Source: a virus (taxonomy: Duplodnaviria > Caudoviricetes). Taken from it: DNA of 64,000 bases. The stretch lies in IMG/VR virus record IMGVR_UViG_3300035491_000281, one strand, 5' to 3'. This document shows, piece by piece, positions 53,648-61,737 of the stretch. The position numbers were made by a program, and so were the translations under genes. The notes beneath the pieces were generated by a model that was given only the letters and a program-made list of their open reading frames with translations, was not told the origin of the DNA and did no database searches. The first letter of the stretch is position 1; each line of letters opens with the position of its first letter.

Positions 53648-55291
53648 ATGGATAATGTACTGCTCGAAAGAGTGAAAGCCATCACACCGAAATTCAACCC
53701 AAGTATTGCCAACGGTCTTGCGGTTGAGCACCTGATGGCCCGTGACGAAATCACGGGTACTAACAGGACCATGGCATACATCGATCGGTTGATTCACATC
53801 AACAGGGAGCTTTTTCCGGCGGGGCTGACTTATAAAGGAAGTCAGATTTGCTCGCCGTTGAAGCATTTCGAGGAGATCACCCGTGAATACAACTCGAAGC
53901 GCATCGCCAACATCGCGAAGAACAACACCTACTTGGTCAAGTACCAATTTGAGTACACCGATCCGCGGACCGGTAAGACTGAGGACCTCATGCCTCGGTA
54001 CATCCTGCTGCCGTATGTTCGTGACGGCGGGATCATCACACTCAACGGGGCGACGTACAACATTGCCCCGGTCCTGACGGACGTTGGTTTCTCGGTACTG
54101 CGCGGTAGTATCTTCATTCCGTTCCGTCGTACCAAGCTCACGTTCAACCGCACCGACCATCCATTCTACATGGACGGCCGACGCACGACCACGTACGTGA
54201 TCTGGAGTATGATTCACCACAAGATGAGCGAACGCACTCGCCGTGACTTGGACAACCGGCGTTACATCGAGTCATCGCTGCCGCATTACTTCTTCTGTCG
54301 GTTTGGGGTTACTGAAACCTTCCGTCAGTGGGCCAATGCAGAAGTGCAAGTGGGATGGCGTAAAGACTTCCCGGCGAGCGAGTACCCGCGTGACCAGTTC
54401 ACTATGTACGAATCGCTGCACTTGAAAGGCCGGCACCCGACTGGCGAGTTGTGTCTGATCGTACCGAAGAAGTACGACAATGACCTGACCCGTATGTTGG
54501 TGGCAGGCTTCTTCTACGTGGTGGACACGTTCCCGGACCGCTTCCGTAGTCCGGAATACGTGGATGACGTGAACCTCTGGCGAGTGATTCTTGGCCACAT
54601 GGTCTTCGGTGATTTCGAACACAGCGGTAAGGTGGCCGAGAACATCGACACGCACATGCGTGGATTGGAAATCTCACTGGACGAAATGACCCGTGAAGAA
54701 TTGCGGGAACGGTACCTGTACGTCAGCAACATCTGGGAGCTGTTCCACAAGATCCTCACGGACCTATCGCATCACTTTTATCAAACCAGTACCGAAGAGG
54801 CGTCGATGTACAACAAACGCCTGACTGTTCTTCGGTACGTCATGGAAGAGTTCAACTCCGCCATCTCGATGTTCGGTTATGATTTTCAGAACCGTCAGGA
54901 CAAAGAGTGGACCGCTACAGAGTTGAACGAGGCATTGAAAAGGCTGTTCAAGCTGAGCACCGCGATCCGTAAACTGACCAGTGAGCACGGTGAGTTGGAT
55001 ACGGTGAGCTATCCCGGGGACAACAAGATGTTCCGCATCACCTCGATGCTAGTGCCCCAGGACAAAGCCCGCCGCAGTCATGGATACGGTAAAGGCTTGA
55101 TCTCCGACACCTCGCGCTTGCTGCACTCCAGTATCGCCGAGGTCGGTCAGTTCAATAATCAACCTAAAAATAACCCGGATGGCCGCAGCCGGATTAACCC
55201 GAACGTCCAAACGGAAGTTACGGGTGTGATTCGCCGCAACCCTGAACGGGCGGAACTGATCGAAAATACGCAAAAACGAATTAACCGTTAA
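53648..55291 (+). CDS. Non-virion RNA polymerase beta subunit, N-terminal half (phiKZ gp123-like)
   Basis: 547 aa; PKFNPSIANGLA, YILLPYVRDGGIITLNGATY, LHSSIAEVG...PKNNPDG..RINP; synteny. Confidence 0.85.
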   Translation: MDNVLLERVKAITPKFNPSIANGLAVEHLMARDEITGTNRTMAYIDRLIHINRELFPAGLTYKGSQICSPLKHFEEITREYNSKRIANIAKNNTYLVKYQFEYTDPRTGKTEDLMPRYILLPYVRDGGIITLNGATYNIAPVLTDVGFSVLRGSIFIPFRRTKLTFNRTDHPFYMDGRRTTTYVIWSMIHHKMSERTRRDLDNRRYIESSLPHYFFCRFGVTETFRQWANAEVQVGWRKDFPASEYPRDQFTMYESLHLKGRHPTGELCLIVPKKYDNDLTRMLVAGFFYVVDTFPDRFRSPEYVDDVNLWRVILGHMVFGDFEHSGKVAENIDTHMRGLEISLDEMTREELRERYLYVSNIWELFHKILTDLSHHFYQTSTEEASMYNKRLTVLRYVMEEFNSAISMFGYDFQNRQDKEWTATELNEALKRLFKLSTAIRKLTSEHGELDTVSYPGDNKMFRITSMLVPQDKARRSHGYGKGLISDTSRLLHSSIAEVGQFNNQPKNNPDGRSRINPNVQTEVTGVIRRNPERAELIENTQKRINR

Positions 55292-55311
55292 GCATTAAAG
55301 GACACTTCGCT

Positions 55312-57438
55312 ATGTATAACACCCAGGCCCAGCTCCCTGTCCCATTCGACCGTTGGGATGAAAGCACCATCAACCATAACCTGCCGGCCGGCAACGACGT
55401 CTGGCCCCAGGTGCAGCTACCACCGAACCTCGACCCGACAGTCATGGCGCGCATAGCCGCTGAGTTCCGCACCATGGCGCAATCGCGTCTGGGTCGTAGC
55501 CCGCTGCACAACTTCCAGTACAACCTGTTCAGCCAGAACCGTTTCGGCAACCCGATGTACACCGAATGGGTCCAGCGTGCTGCCGACTTCACCGAGTTCC
55601 TGGTGGTGGCGCAGAACAATGCCCCGGACGTGGCGATCCCGAAAGCGGTTGGTAAGATCTACCGCGCCTCGCTGGCCATCACCGGGGGTCAGTACCCGCA
55701 AGTGGCGCAGATGATCGATCAGGGCATGTATGCGGAACTTCTGCGTGCAGGTGAAGAGCTGAACGACATCGTGCGGGACGTGACGGCTTTTCAGCAGGCC
55801 GGTCGCCGGCCGATGGTGGCGCAACCGAACGTGGGCTACGCGAACTACCAACAGCCGGTATACGGCGGTTACCAGCCCGCGCCACAACCCGCCTATGGTG
55901 GCTATCAAGCACCGCAAGCGGGAATGCTGCCGCCGGTGGGATCGCCCTCGCAGTATCGCCCACAACCGGCTAACATGGCACCGAGTGGCTACCAAACCGC
56001 ACCGGTCTATCAGACTCCGGTCAGTAACGGGGCACCTCGTGCCGGTGGCGCGGCCGGTCGTTACGTGGACGAACCAGCTACCCCAGCACCTACCAGCTGG
56101 GACGCCAGTCGTCCGACGGACTTCTCGCAGACCACCATCAGCCCACCGTCGTTCAACGCCCAACCTGCGGTCGCGGTACAGCCGGAAGTAATTCCGGATC
56201 TGCCGATTCCGAAGGACGTCGACGAAGTGGAAATGAACCCGCACTACTATGTCCCCACCGGTAAGGCCATTGACCCCGAGCGTCCGTTCGATGTCATCTA
56301 CGTCCCCGGCGGTGCCGAAGTGCGTCCAGCCCACCTATCGGGCTGGAAGCGCACCCGTAGTGCTGAACGTCCCTACGCCTTGGGGTATGACCCGACCATG
56401 TTTGTGCTGTTCCACGTCAAGTGGCCAGACGGGGTCGTCCATGAGAAAGTTGTTGAATGGGAGCCAGAAATGGAATACCTCAAGCATGAGATCAACGCCG
56501 AACTGCGCGGTGCCAAGATCCGCCCGAAAGGTAAGATCGTCGCCAACTACCGCAACATTGTTGGCACCGATGAAGCGCCTAAGCCGGTGGAAGATGTGAA
56601 GCTGACGCTCGACCACGACCTGCTGGAACAGGGCGAAGTGAGCCCGGTGGAACTGGACGGCATCATCACCACCTCCACGGAGCTGGAAAGCGAAGTCGAA
56701 GCCCGCAAGCAGGTCATCGAGCAGCTGGGTCTGGACGCCGATACCCCCGTGGTACCAGCGTACCAATACCAGACAGCACGCCTGTACAGCTTGGATGTCT
56801 CGGAAGAGGCGGAAGAGCGACTGCTGGAGCTTGCCAATGCCGGTTCGCTGGTGGAGGTCGCCGAAGGCCTGGATGAGCTGTTGAACACCAGCGTTCTGCC
56901 GCTGCGCTACTACCGCTTCATCAATGAGCGTCTGACGGCGGCGGTGAACGCAGTGCTGGCGGACAACCTGTCGCTGGATGCCGTGAGTATCGACAGCTTC
57001 ACCGCGGACATGGCCGATCTGCTTGATTACCTCAAGCAGAAGCAGGGTGAGGCAGTGGTGACGGTATTCAACAGCCAGACCCGCGCATTCCTCAAGCGCT
57101 GGCTCAACTTCTGCTACGAGAACGTCGAGGTCGCCGAAAGCGAGGAAGCGGCCGCGGTGCGTAGTCCGTTCGGGCTGATCGATGAATGCGTTAACCTGCA
57201 AACCACCTGGTCTTCGGAACAGATCGCCTCACTGAACCTCGGCAAGGAGCCGGTGTTGATCAGTCAATCCACTCACCCGAAAATCAGCAATGCGCTGACC
57301 GAGTTTGTGGGACGCCTGGCACGCAACGGCCAACTCGCCGGCAAGCATCTGCGCTTGATCACCACTGACGGTGTATACCTGGAAGTGCTGCGTGGTTGGC
57401 TGATCGAGAAATCGGTCCTGCTGAAGAAAGTGAGCTAA
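55312..57438 (+). CDS. Conserved phiKZ-like protein with central Gln/Pro/Tyr-rich low-complexity region (gp124-like position)
   Basis: 708 aa, AAGGA SD. Confidence 0.8.
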   Translation: MYNTQAQLPVPFDRWDESTINHNLPAGNDVWPQVQLPPNLDPTVMARIAAEFRTMAQSRLGRSPLHNFQYNLFSQNRFGNPMYTEWVQRAADFTEFLVVAQNNAPDVAIPKAVGKIYRASLAITGGQYPQVAQMIDQGMYAELLRAGEELNDIVRDVTAFQQAGRRPMVAQPNVGYANYQQPVYGGYQPAPQPAYGGYQAPQAGMLPPVGSPSQYRPQPANMAPSGYQTAPVYQTPVSNGAPRAGGAAGRYVDEPATPAPTSWDASRPTDFSQTTISPPSFNAQPAVAVQPEVIPDLPIPKDVDEVEMNPHYYVPTGKAIDPERPFDVIYVPGGAEVRPAHLSGWKRTRSAERPYALGYDPTMFVLFHVKWPDGVVHEKVVEWEPEMEYLKHEINAELRGAKIRPKGKIVANYRNIVGTDEAPKPVEDVKLTLDHDLLEQGEVSPVELDGIITTSTELESEVEARKQVIEQLGLDADTPVVPAYQYQTARLYSLDVSEEAEERLLELANAGSLVEVAEGLDELLNTSVLPLRYYRFINERLTAAVNAVLADNLSLDAVSIDSFTADMADLLDYLKQKQGEAVVTVFNSQTRAFLKRWLNFCYENVEVAESEEAAAVRSPFGLIDECVNLQTTWSSEQIASLNLGKEPVLISQSTHPKISNALTEFVGRLARNGQLAGKHLRLITTDGVYLEVLRGWLIEKSVLLKKVS

Positions 57439-57560
57439 AGTCCTTCGGGCAGCTCGGCCTGGGTCTGTCCGGTTCGCCGACCCCCTGCTCAGGGACCTTT
57501 ACGGCACTCGCCCTCCCTTCGGGGAGGGCTCTTTTTCCGTCAAGTCCTGCATCCAGCAGA

Positions 57561-57587
57561 ATTTGACATCTATATCACCCGTTTGAA
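57561..57587 (+). promoter_or_regulatory. Putative early promoter
   Basis: ATTTGACATCTATATCACCCGTTTGAA. Confidence 0.7.
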
Positions 57588-57616
57588 TCAAACCCCGGCC
57601 TCTAAGGAGACGCACC

Positions 57617-58171
57617 ATGAGCGACAACACCCAAGATTACACCTCCCAGAAGCGACGTAATTTCGTGATCAGTGACGGCGCCATCCGCGCTGTTCTCAGC
57701 ACACTACCCGACAACTGGGAGGCCCACATGCAGGATGATACCCCCATTCCGTTTCTGTTGATCGATGAGCACGCGAAGATGGAAAGCCCCACTGTTGGGG
57801 ACACCTGGCATTTAGTCCGTTACCTGAATCTGCTGGCGGACGATCTGGCCTTCCACGCTCGGACCGGGCAAGCCTTGACCGGCCTGGTTAGCGAACGTAG
57901 CCAGGCGTACTACGGCGACACACTGCTGGCGTATATCCGTAAGGACTTCGCCGAGTTGGGCCGACTGGCCGCCCGGCTGCTGTACACCAACATGAACGAC
58001 AACCATGTAACGCTCAAGCAGACCCTGCCGGCTTACCGCGGTCTGGACGAACGGCATAGCCCCAAGTGGTCCAACGTGGCGGTCTTGGAGCGGGCTGGAT
58101 TTCTGATCTGGCACGATAAATTCACCAATACCCTGCGGACTCGGATCGGCGATCACGTCATCATCCTGTAA
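57617..58171 (+). CDS. Hypothetical early protein
   Basis: AAGGAG SD; own promoter and downstream hairpin, so a self-contained cassette. Confidence 0.75.
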   Translation: MSDNTQDYTSQKRRNFVISDGAIRAVLSTLPDNWEAHMQDDTPIPFLLIDEHAKMESPTVGDTWHLVRYLNLLADDLAFHARTGQALTGLVSERSQAYYGDTLLAYIRKDFAELGRLAARLLYTNMNDNHVTLKQTLPAYRGLDERHSPKWSNVAVLERAGFLIWHDKFTNTLRTRIGDHVIIL

Positions 58172-58229
58172 CGGCATAAAGCCCTCCCCCAACTGGGGGA
58201 GGGTCTATGTTTACACTTATTTTTTTTTT

Positions 58230-58661
58230 CTACGCCGTAAAGGGGAGTGTATACTGCCCGATCACAGCCAACGAACCGGCGGCTGCCTGCAGGCCCAACC
58301 CATCTGCTTGCAGCTCAGCTATCTGAAAATCAGCCGGGGTCAACGGGAGGCGGTAATGCTGCAAGACCGCTTGCAATGCCTGCCGGCCATCGCTGTAGTC
58401 AGACCCAACCCCAGGCACAGAAAGCCCTGTAAGCAGCGTGCTGAGCGTCCATCGCGTATACTGTACCATCGTACTCCCTACGACGATATCAGCCCCTGTA
58501 CGCGCTCGTAGGAGGACTCTGGTGTTGTTTGCTCCTTGGGTGTAGCTCTCTGGGTCGACCAGCTCCACCAACTCCGGGGTTAACGGGTAGATTAACGTGG
58601 GATTGGCCGCTGTCAGGGCTTTTAGTAACCGCACTTCGGGGCGTTCATGGTAGTAACTCAT
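58230..58661 (-). CDS. Putative virion structural protein
   Basis: AGGAG SD before ATG 58661 (MSYYHERPEV). Confidence 0.6.
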   Translation of the reverse strand: MSYYHERPEVRLLKALTAANPTLIYPLTPELVELVDPESYTQGANNTRVLLRARTGADIVVGSTMVQYTRWTLSTLLTGLSVPGVGSDYSDGRQALQAVLQHYRLPLTPADFQIAELQADGLGLQAAAGSLAVIGQYTLPFTA

Positions 58662-58669
58662 AACCACTC

Positions 58670-59548
58670 CTAGTTGTAATGTAAGGTCACAAAGCCACTG
58701 GTATCGGTGCAGTAACTCGGATTGAGGTTCAACACCAGTACCGACTGAATATCCTGGCGTGGTGTCCACCTGGGGTGTACCGGTCCGTTATACAAAACCC
58801 GGTACTGTGGTTCGTTCAGCTTCAGGTTATCGGTTAGGTTCAACGTCCCGGTGCTGACTGTCGCCTGCCAGGGTAGGGTAGACCGCAGACGCAGAATGGC
58901 CAGCAGTTCCCGCATCGGTACTTGCTGACCACCCACGGTCAGGGCCCGTAGCCGTGCCCGAAAGGCACTGAAATCGAACGCCATTAGCAGGTGTTGGCCA
59001 GCCCGGGTACCTGACTCAGGTTGGGGGTAGGGTAGCGCGTCGGCAACGGCCGTGACAGTCAGGGCCGTGTTGAGGTCCATGACTGGTAACTCCACCTGTA
59101 GTACCAACTCCCCCACCCAACGCAGTGAGCGCGGGTGGGCTTGGAGACGTACAGCCTGAGCCTGCTGGACCGTGGTCACCCGTTCCACCAAGACATCCGA
59201 CAGATCGAAAACCACCCCGGTGATGTCCTGGAGCCATTGCACCAACTCCCAGCTCGACACCGGCAAGCGCAATCCGGTAACCACCAAGGGAATCCCCAAA
59301 CTCTGGAAATACTGCCCCAGGTTTAACCGGTGGTAACGATACGTTCCCTGAGTGAAAGCAGGCAGGAGATTTCCCGGATGGGCGGACCGGGTGGCCTTCA
59401 CGGTGACTTCCGTTAGGGTATCACCCAAGGCCACCAATCCCGCCAGCTGCGTCACCTTCGGGTTTAACTGCACGAAGTGCTTCTGGTTGATCATCTCCAC
59501 CAGCGCCTCCCACGGAGGGAAGCGCAGATACTCCGCGGTGGTATTCAT
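58670..59548 (-). CDS. Virion structural protein (phiKZ gp127-like position)
   Basis: YHRLNLGQYF and SLRWVGEL motifs; AGGAG SD; synteny. Confidence 0.6.
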   Translation of the reverse strand: MNTTAEYLRFPPWEALVEMINQKHFVQLNPKVTQLAGLVALGDTLTEVTVKATRSAHPGNLLPAFTQGTYRYHRLNLGQYFQSLGIPLVVTGLRLPVSSWELVQWLQDITGVVFDLSDVLVERVTTVQQAQAVRLQAHPRSLRWVGELVLQVELPVMDLNTALTVTAVADALPYPQPESGTRAGQHLLMAFDFSAFRARLRALTVGGQQVPMRELLAILRLRSTLPWQATVSTGTLNLTDNLKLNEPQYRVLYNGPVHPRWTPRQDIQSVLVLNLNPSYCTDTSGFVTLHYN

Positions 59549-59557
59549 GCGAACTCC

Positions 59558-61702
59558 TTAAGAGGCTTGGTAGTGACCCAGGTCGTTATCCGGCGGGGTG
59601 GGGTTGTCTACCGCGAACTGGTAACGGCGCAATCCCACACAGGCGGTGTTGAGGCGGATGTACGCCATCGAATCCGGCTTCACCTGTACCGCGACTGTGG
59701 GGTCGATATGCAGGTGAGTGTCGGTCGCGGCCGTCAGCTCGGTTGGCGGGAACAGCCAGTCGTCGCCGATCCGATACCCATGGGCGTGGTGGCTATGCTT
59801 GTGCAGCACGCTGATTCGCCCGCTCGGGACCGTGAACCGCGAGCGGGAATCGGCCGCAACATCCCCCAATCGAATGGCCGGCATGCCGATGAAGCGGAAA
59901 TCGGCATGGTTAATGTTGCGCAAGTATTGCACCGAATAGGAGCTCAACTGCCCCATCAGCTGCAACATAGCCCGTTGGATCTCCGAGAGGGTGACCCGTG
60001 TAACCAGGTTCGCTCCGGTGGCCGCCTGCACGCAATCGGCAAACAACTGATCCAGATCCATCGGCGAGAGGTCGGCAACCTCATACCCGTTGTCCTTGAA
60101 CCACTGTTCGAAACTCAACACCTCATCCACCAGCGGACACATCTGGTGTTTGAAATGCCGCCGTACGACGTTCTCCAGCATTCCCCGGCTCAGGTAGTGT
60201 TCCTGGAAGGAGTACAGTTCCCAGAGCTTGAGGTATTCCTGGTGCAGGTTGGCGCAGGCGCTGTAGAATCGCTCCGTGGTGATGTACTCACCCAGTGGTG
60301 TGATGCGGTCCTGAATGGCCTGGATCAGTCCGTCCCGCACGTAGCGTCGGTCCACCAGTCGTTCCAGTTCGGTGTGGTTAGGTAGAGGATCACGCAGTAC
60401 CTCGTAGGCGATCATCCGCGGGATACTATCCAGTACGATCCCCCGCGCTTTGGTAAACGCATAGAGGGCGACAATAAAGGTATCTCGCACTGAGAGGTTC
60501 ATGTACTCGCCAGTCACCGGGTTGGTGACGTTGACGTAAGCTCGATAGCGCCCTTTGCTGGCCAGGTACAGCCATTCGTTGAGCAGCACATGTTCCAGCG
60601 ACCGCACCGAACTGTTGGTCCGGTCGACCACCTCCGACTCCAAGACTTTGGTGGGGAGGGTACTGAAACGGTCACTGCGGAAAGTTTCCCGGATCTCCAC
60701 CTCGGCCGCGGCCTGTACCGCGGCGTTATCCCGGGCGATGTCACGCTCGCGATTGAGTATCGTATGAACCTCCGCCCGGTCCAGCCCGCTTTGGTTGTAG
60801 CCAAAGTTGATGGGGTATTTGACCATCTCGACGTCAGGGTACAGCTGCTCAGGTAGCTGTTCGACATTGTGCTGCAGGCGATACCAGGTCAACGGTAGTC
60901 CGCGCGGGGTCAGCAGATTGGCAATCAAGCGGTCGAAGATCTCCTGCTTGCCGACGTTGCGCTTGATAAAGCGGATATTGCGATACAACCACAGCTGTTG
61001 GGCTTTGGTCAGGTACGGCAGATACTCGTCCAGGCGCCCGTTGGATGCTAGGTACTCGCGGATGTGAAAACTGTGGGCTTGGGGGGTCTTAGCGTTACGC
61101 AGTCGCAGCAACTGAATCACAGTCGGTAACTGGGCGTATAGCACCCCAAGGAATGCCGGCAGGTACAGGTCATCGGTGAGGATGTACTGACTGTTGTACC
61201 AGCGACTAAAGAAGGCATACAACCAGGCCTGCAGATTCGGCATCAGGTTGGCCTCGTTACCCTCGACGTGTGTCGGATCGTAGTACAAAAGTTCCCCATC
61301 TTGTGCATTCATCGCCCGGGTTTTATCTACTGGCGAGAGAATCCCATTGATCAGCGCGGCTTGATTTGGGAACTTACGCACCAGATCCCGATAGTACCGA
61401 CTGCCCGGTTGGTAATCACGTGCAGTGGCGCGGTGGCGGCGTAGGTTCTCCTTGCTGAACTCGATTTCTTCCAGGGTGTCCATCGAGCGCACCGTCATGC
61501 GTTGATCGCTGACATGGTACTCCCCGGCCAAGTTCATGTAGTATTTCCAGGTCTCGGGTCGATCCGGATCAACCGGGTACCCCAGTAGTTTTAGTTCGTT
61601 GTTCAGGGTATCGGCTACGGCCCCGCATTTAATCACGAGCGTTCGTGTCAAGGCCAGAACGTCATCGAGATACAGCTGGTAATAGACTCTGCTCATGTTC
61701 AA
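59558..61702 (-). CDS. Virion structural protein, probable baseplate component (phiKZ gp128-like)
   Basis: TWKYYMNLAGEYH, HSFHIREYLAS, WLYRNIRFI; synteny next to the portal. Confidence 0.7.
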   Translation of the reverse strand: MNMSRVYYQLYLDDVLALTRTLVIKCGAVADTLNNELKLLGYPVDPDRPETWKYYMNLAGEYHVSDQRMTVRSMDTLEEIEFSKENLRRHRATARDYQPGSRYYRDLVRKFPNQAALINGILSPVDKTRAMNAQDGELLYYDPTHVEGNEANLMPNLQAWLYAFFSRWYNSQYILTDDLYLPAFLGVLYAQLPTVIQLLRLRNAKTPQAHSFHIREYLASNGRLDEYLPYLTKAQQLWLYRNIRFIKRNVGKQEIFDRLIANLLTPRGLPLTWYRLQHNVEQLPEQLYPDVEMVKYPINFGYNQSGLDRAEVHTILNRERDIARDNAAVQAAAEVEIRETFRSDRFSTLPTKVLESEVVDRTNSSVRSLEHVLLNEWLYLASKGRYRAYVNVTNPVTGEYMNLSVRDTFIVALYAFTKARGIVLDSIPRMIAYEVLRDPLPNHTELERLVDRRYVRDGLIQAIQDRITPLGEYITTERFYSACANLHQEYLKLWELYSFQEHYLSRGMLENVVRRHFKHQMCPLVDEVLSFEQWFKDNGYEVADLSPMDLDQLFADCVQAATGANLVTRVTLSEIQRAMLQLMGQLSSYSVQYLRNINHADFRFIGMPAIRLGDVAADSRSRFTVPSGRISVLHKHSHHAHGYRIGDDWLFPPTELTAATDTHLHIDPTVAVQVKPDSMAYIRLNTACVGLRRYQFAVDNPTPPDNDLGHYQAS

Positions 61703-61737
61703 ACCTTAAGAGTAATCGTAAAGAAGGAGGACGGCCC

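Larger units (their letters stand above)
867..58212. repeat. Dispersed family of about 10 palindromic elements ACG(G/A)CATA-[GC hairpin]-TATG(C/T)(C/T)GT
   Basis: Complete or partial copies at about 867, 7913, 8819, 16387, 23996, 45594, 46844, 51809, 57501 and 58171. Confidence 0.8.

Noticed and set aside
867-58212. CRISPR array interpretation of the palindromic repeats
   Set aside because: Copies are dispersed singly at gene ends, not tandem with regular spacers; no cas genes
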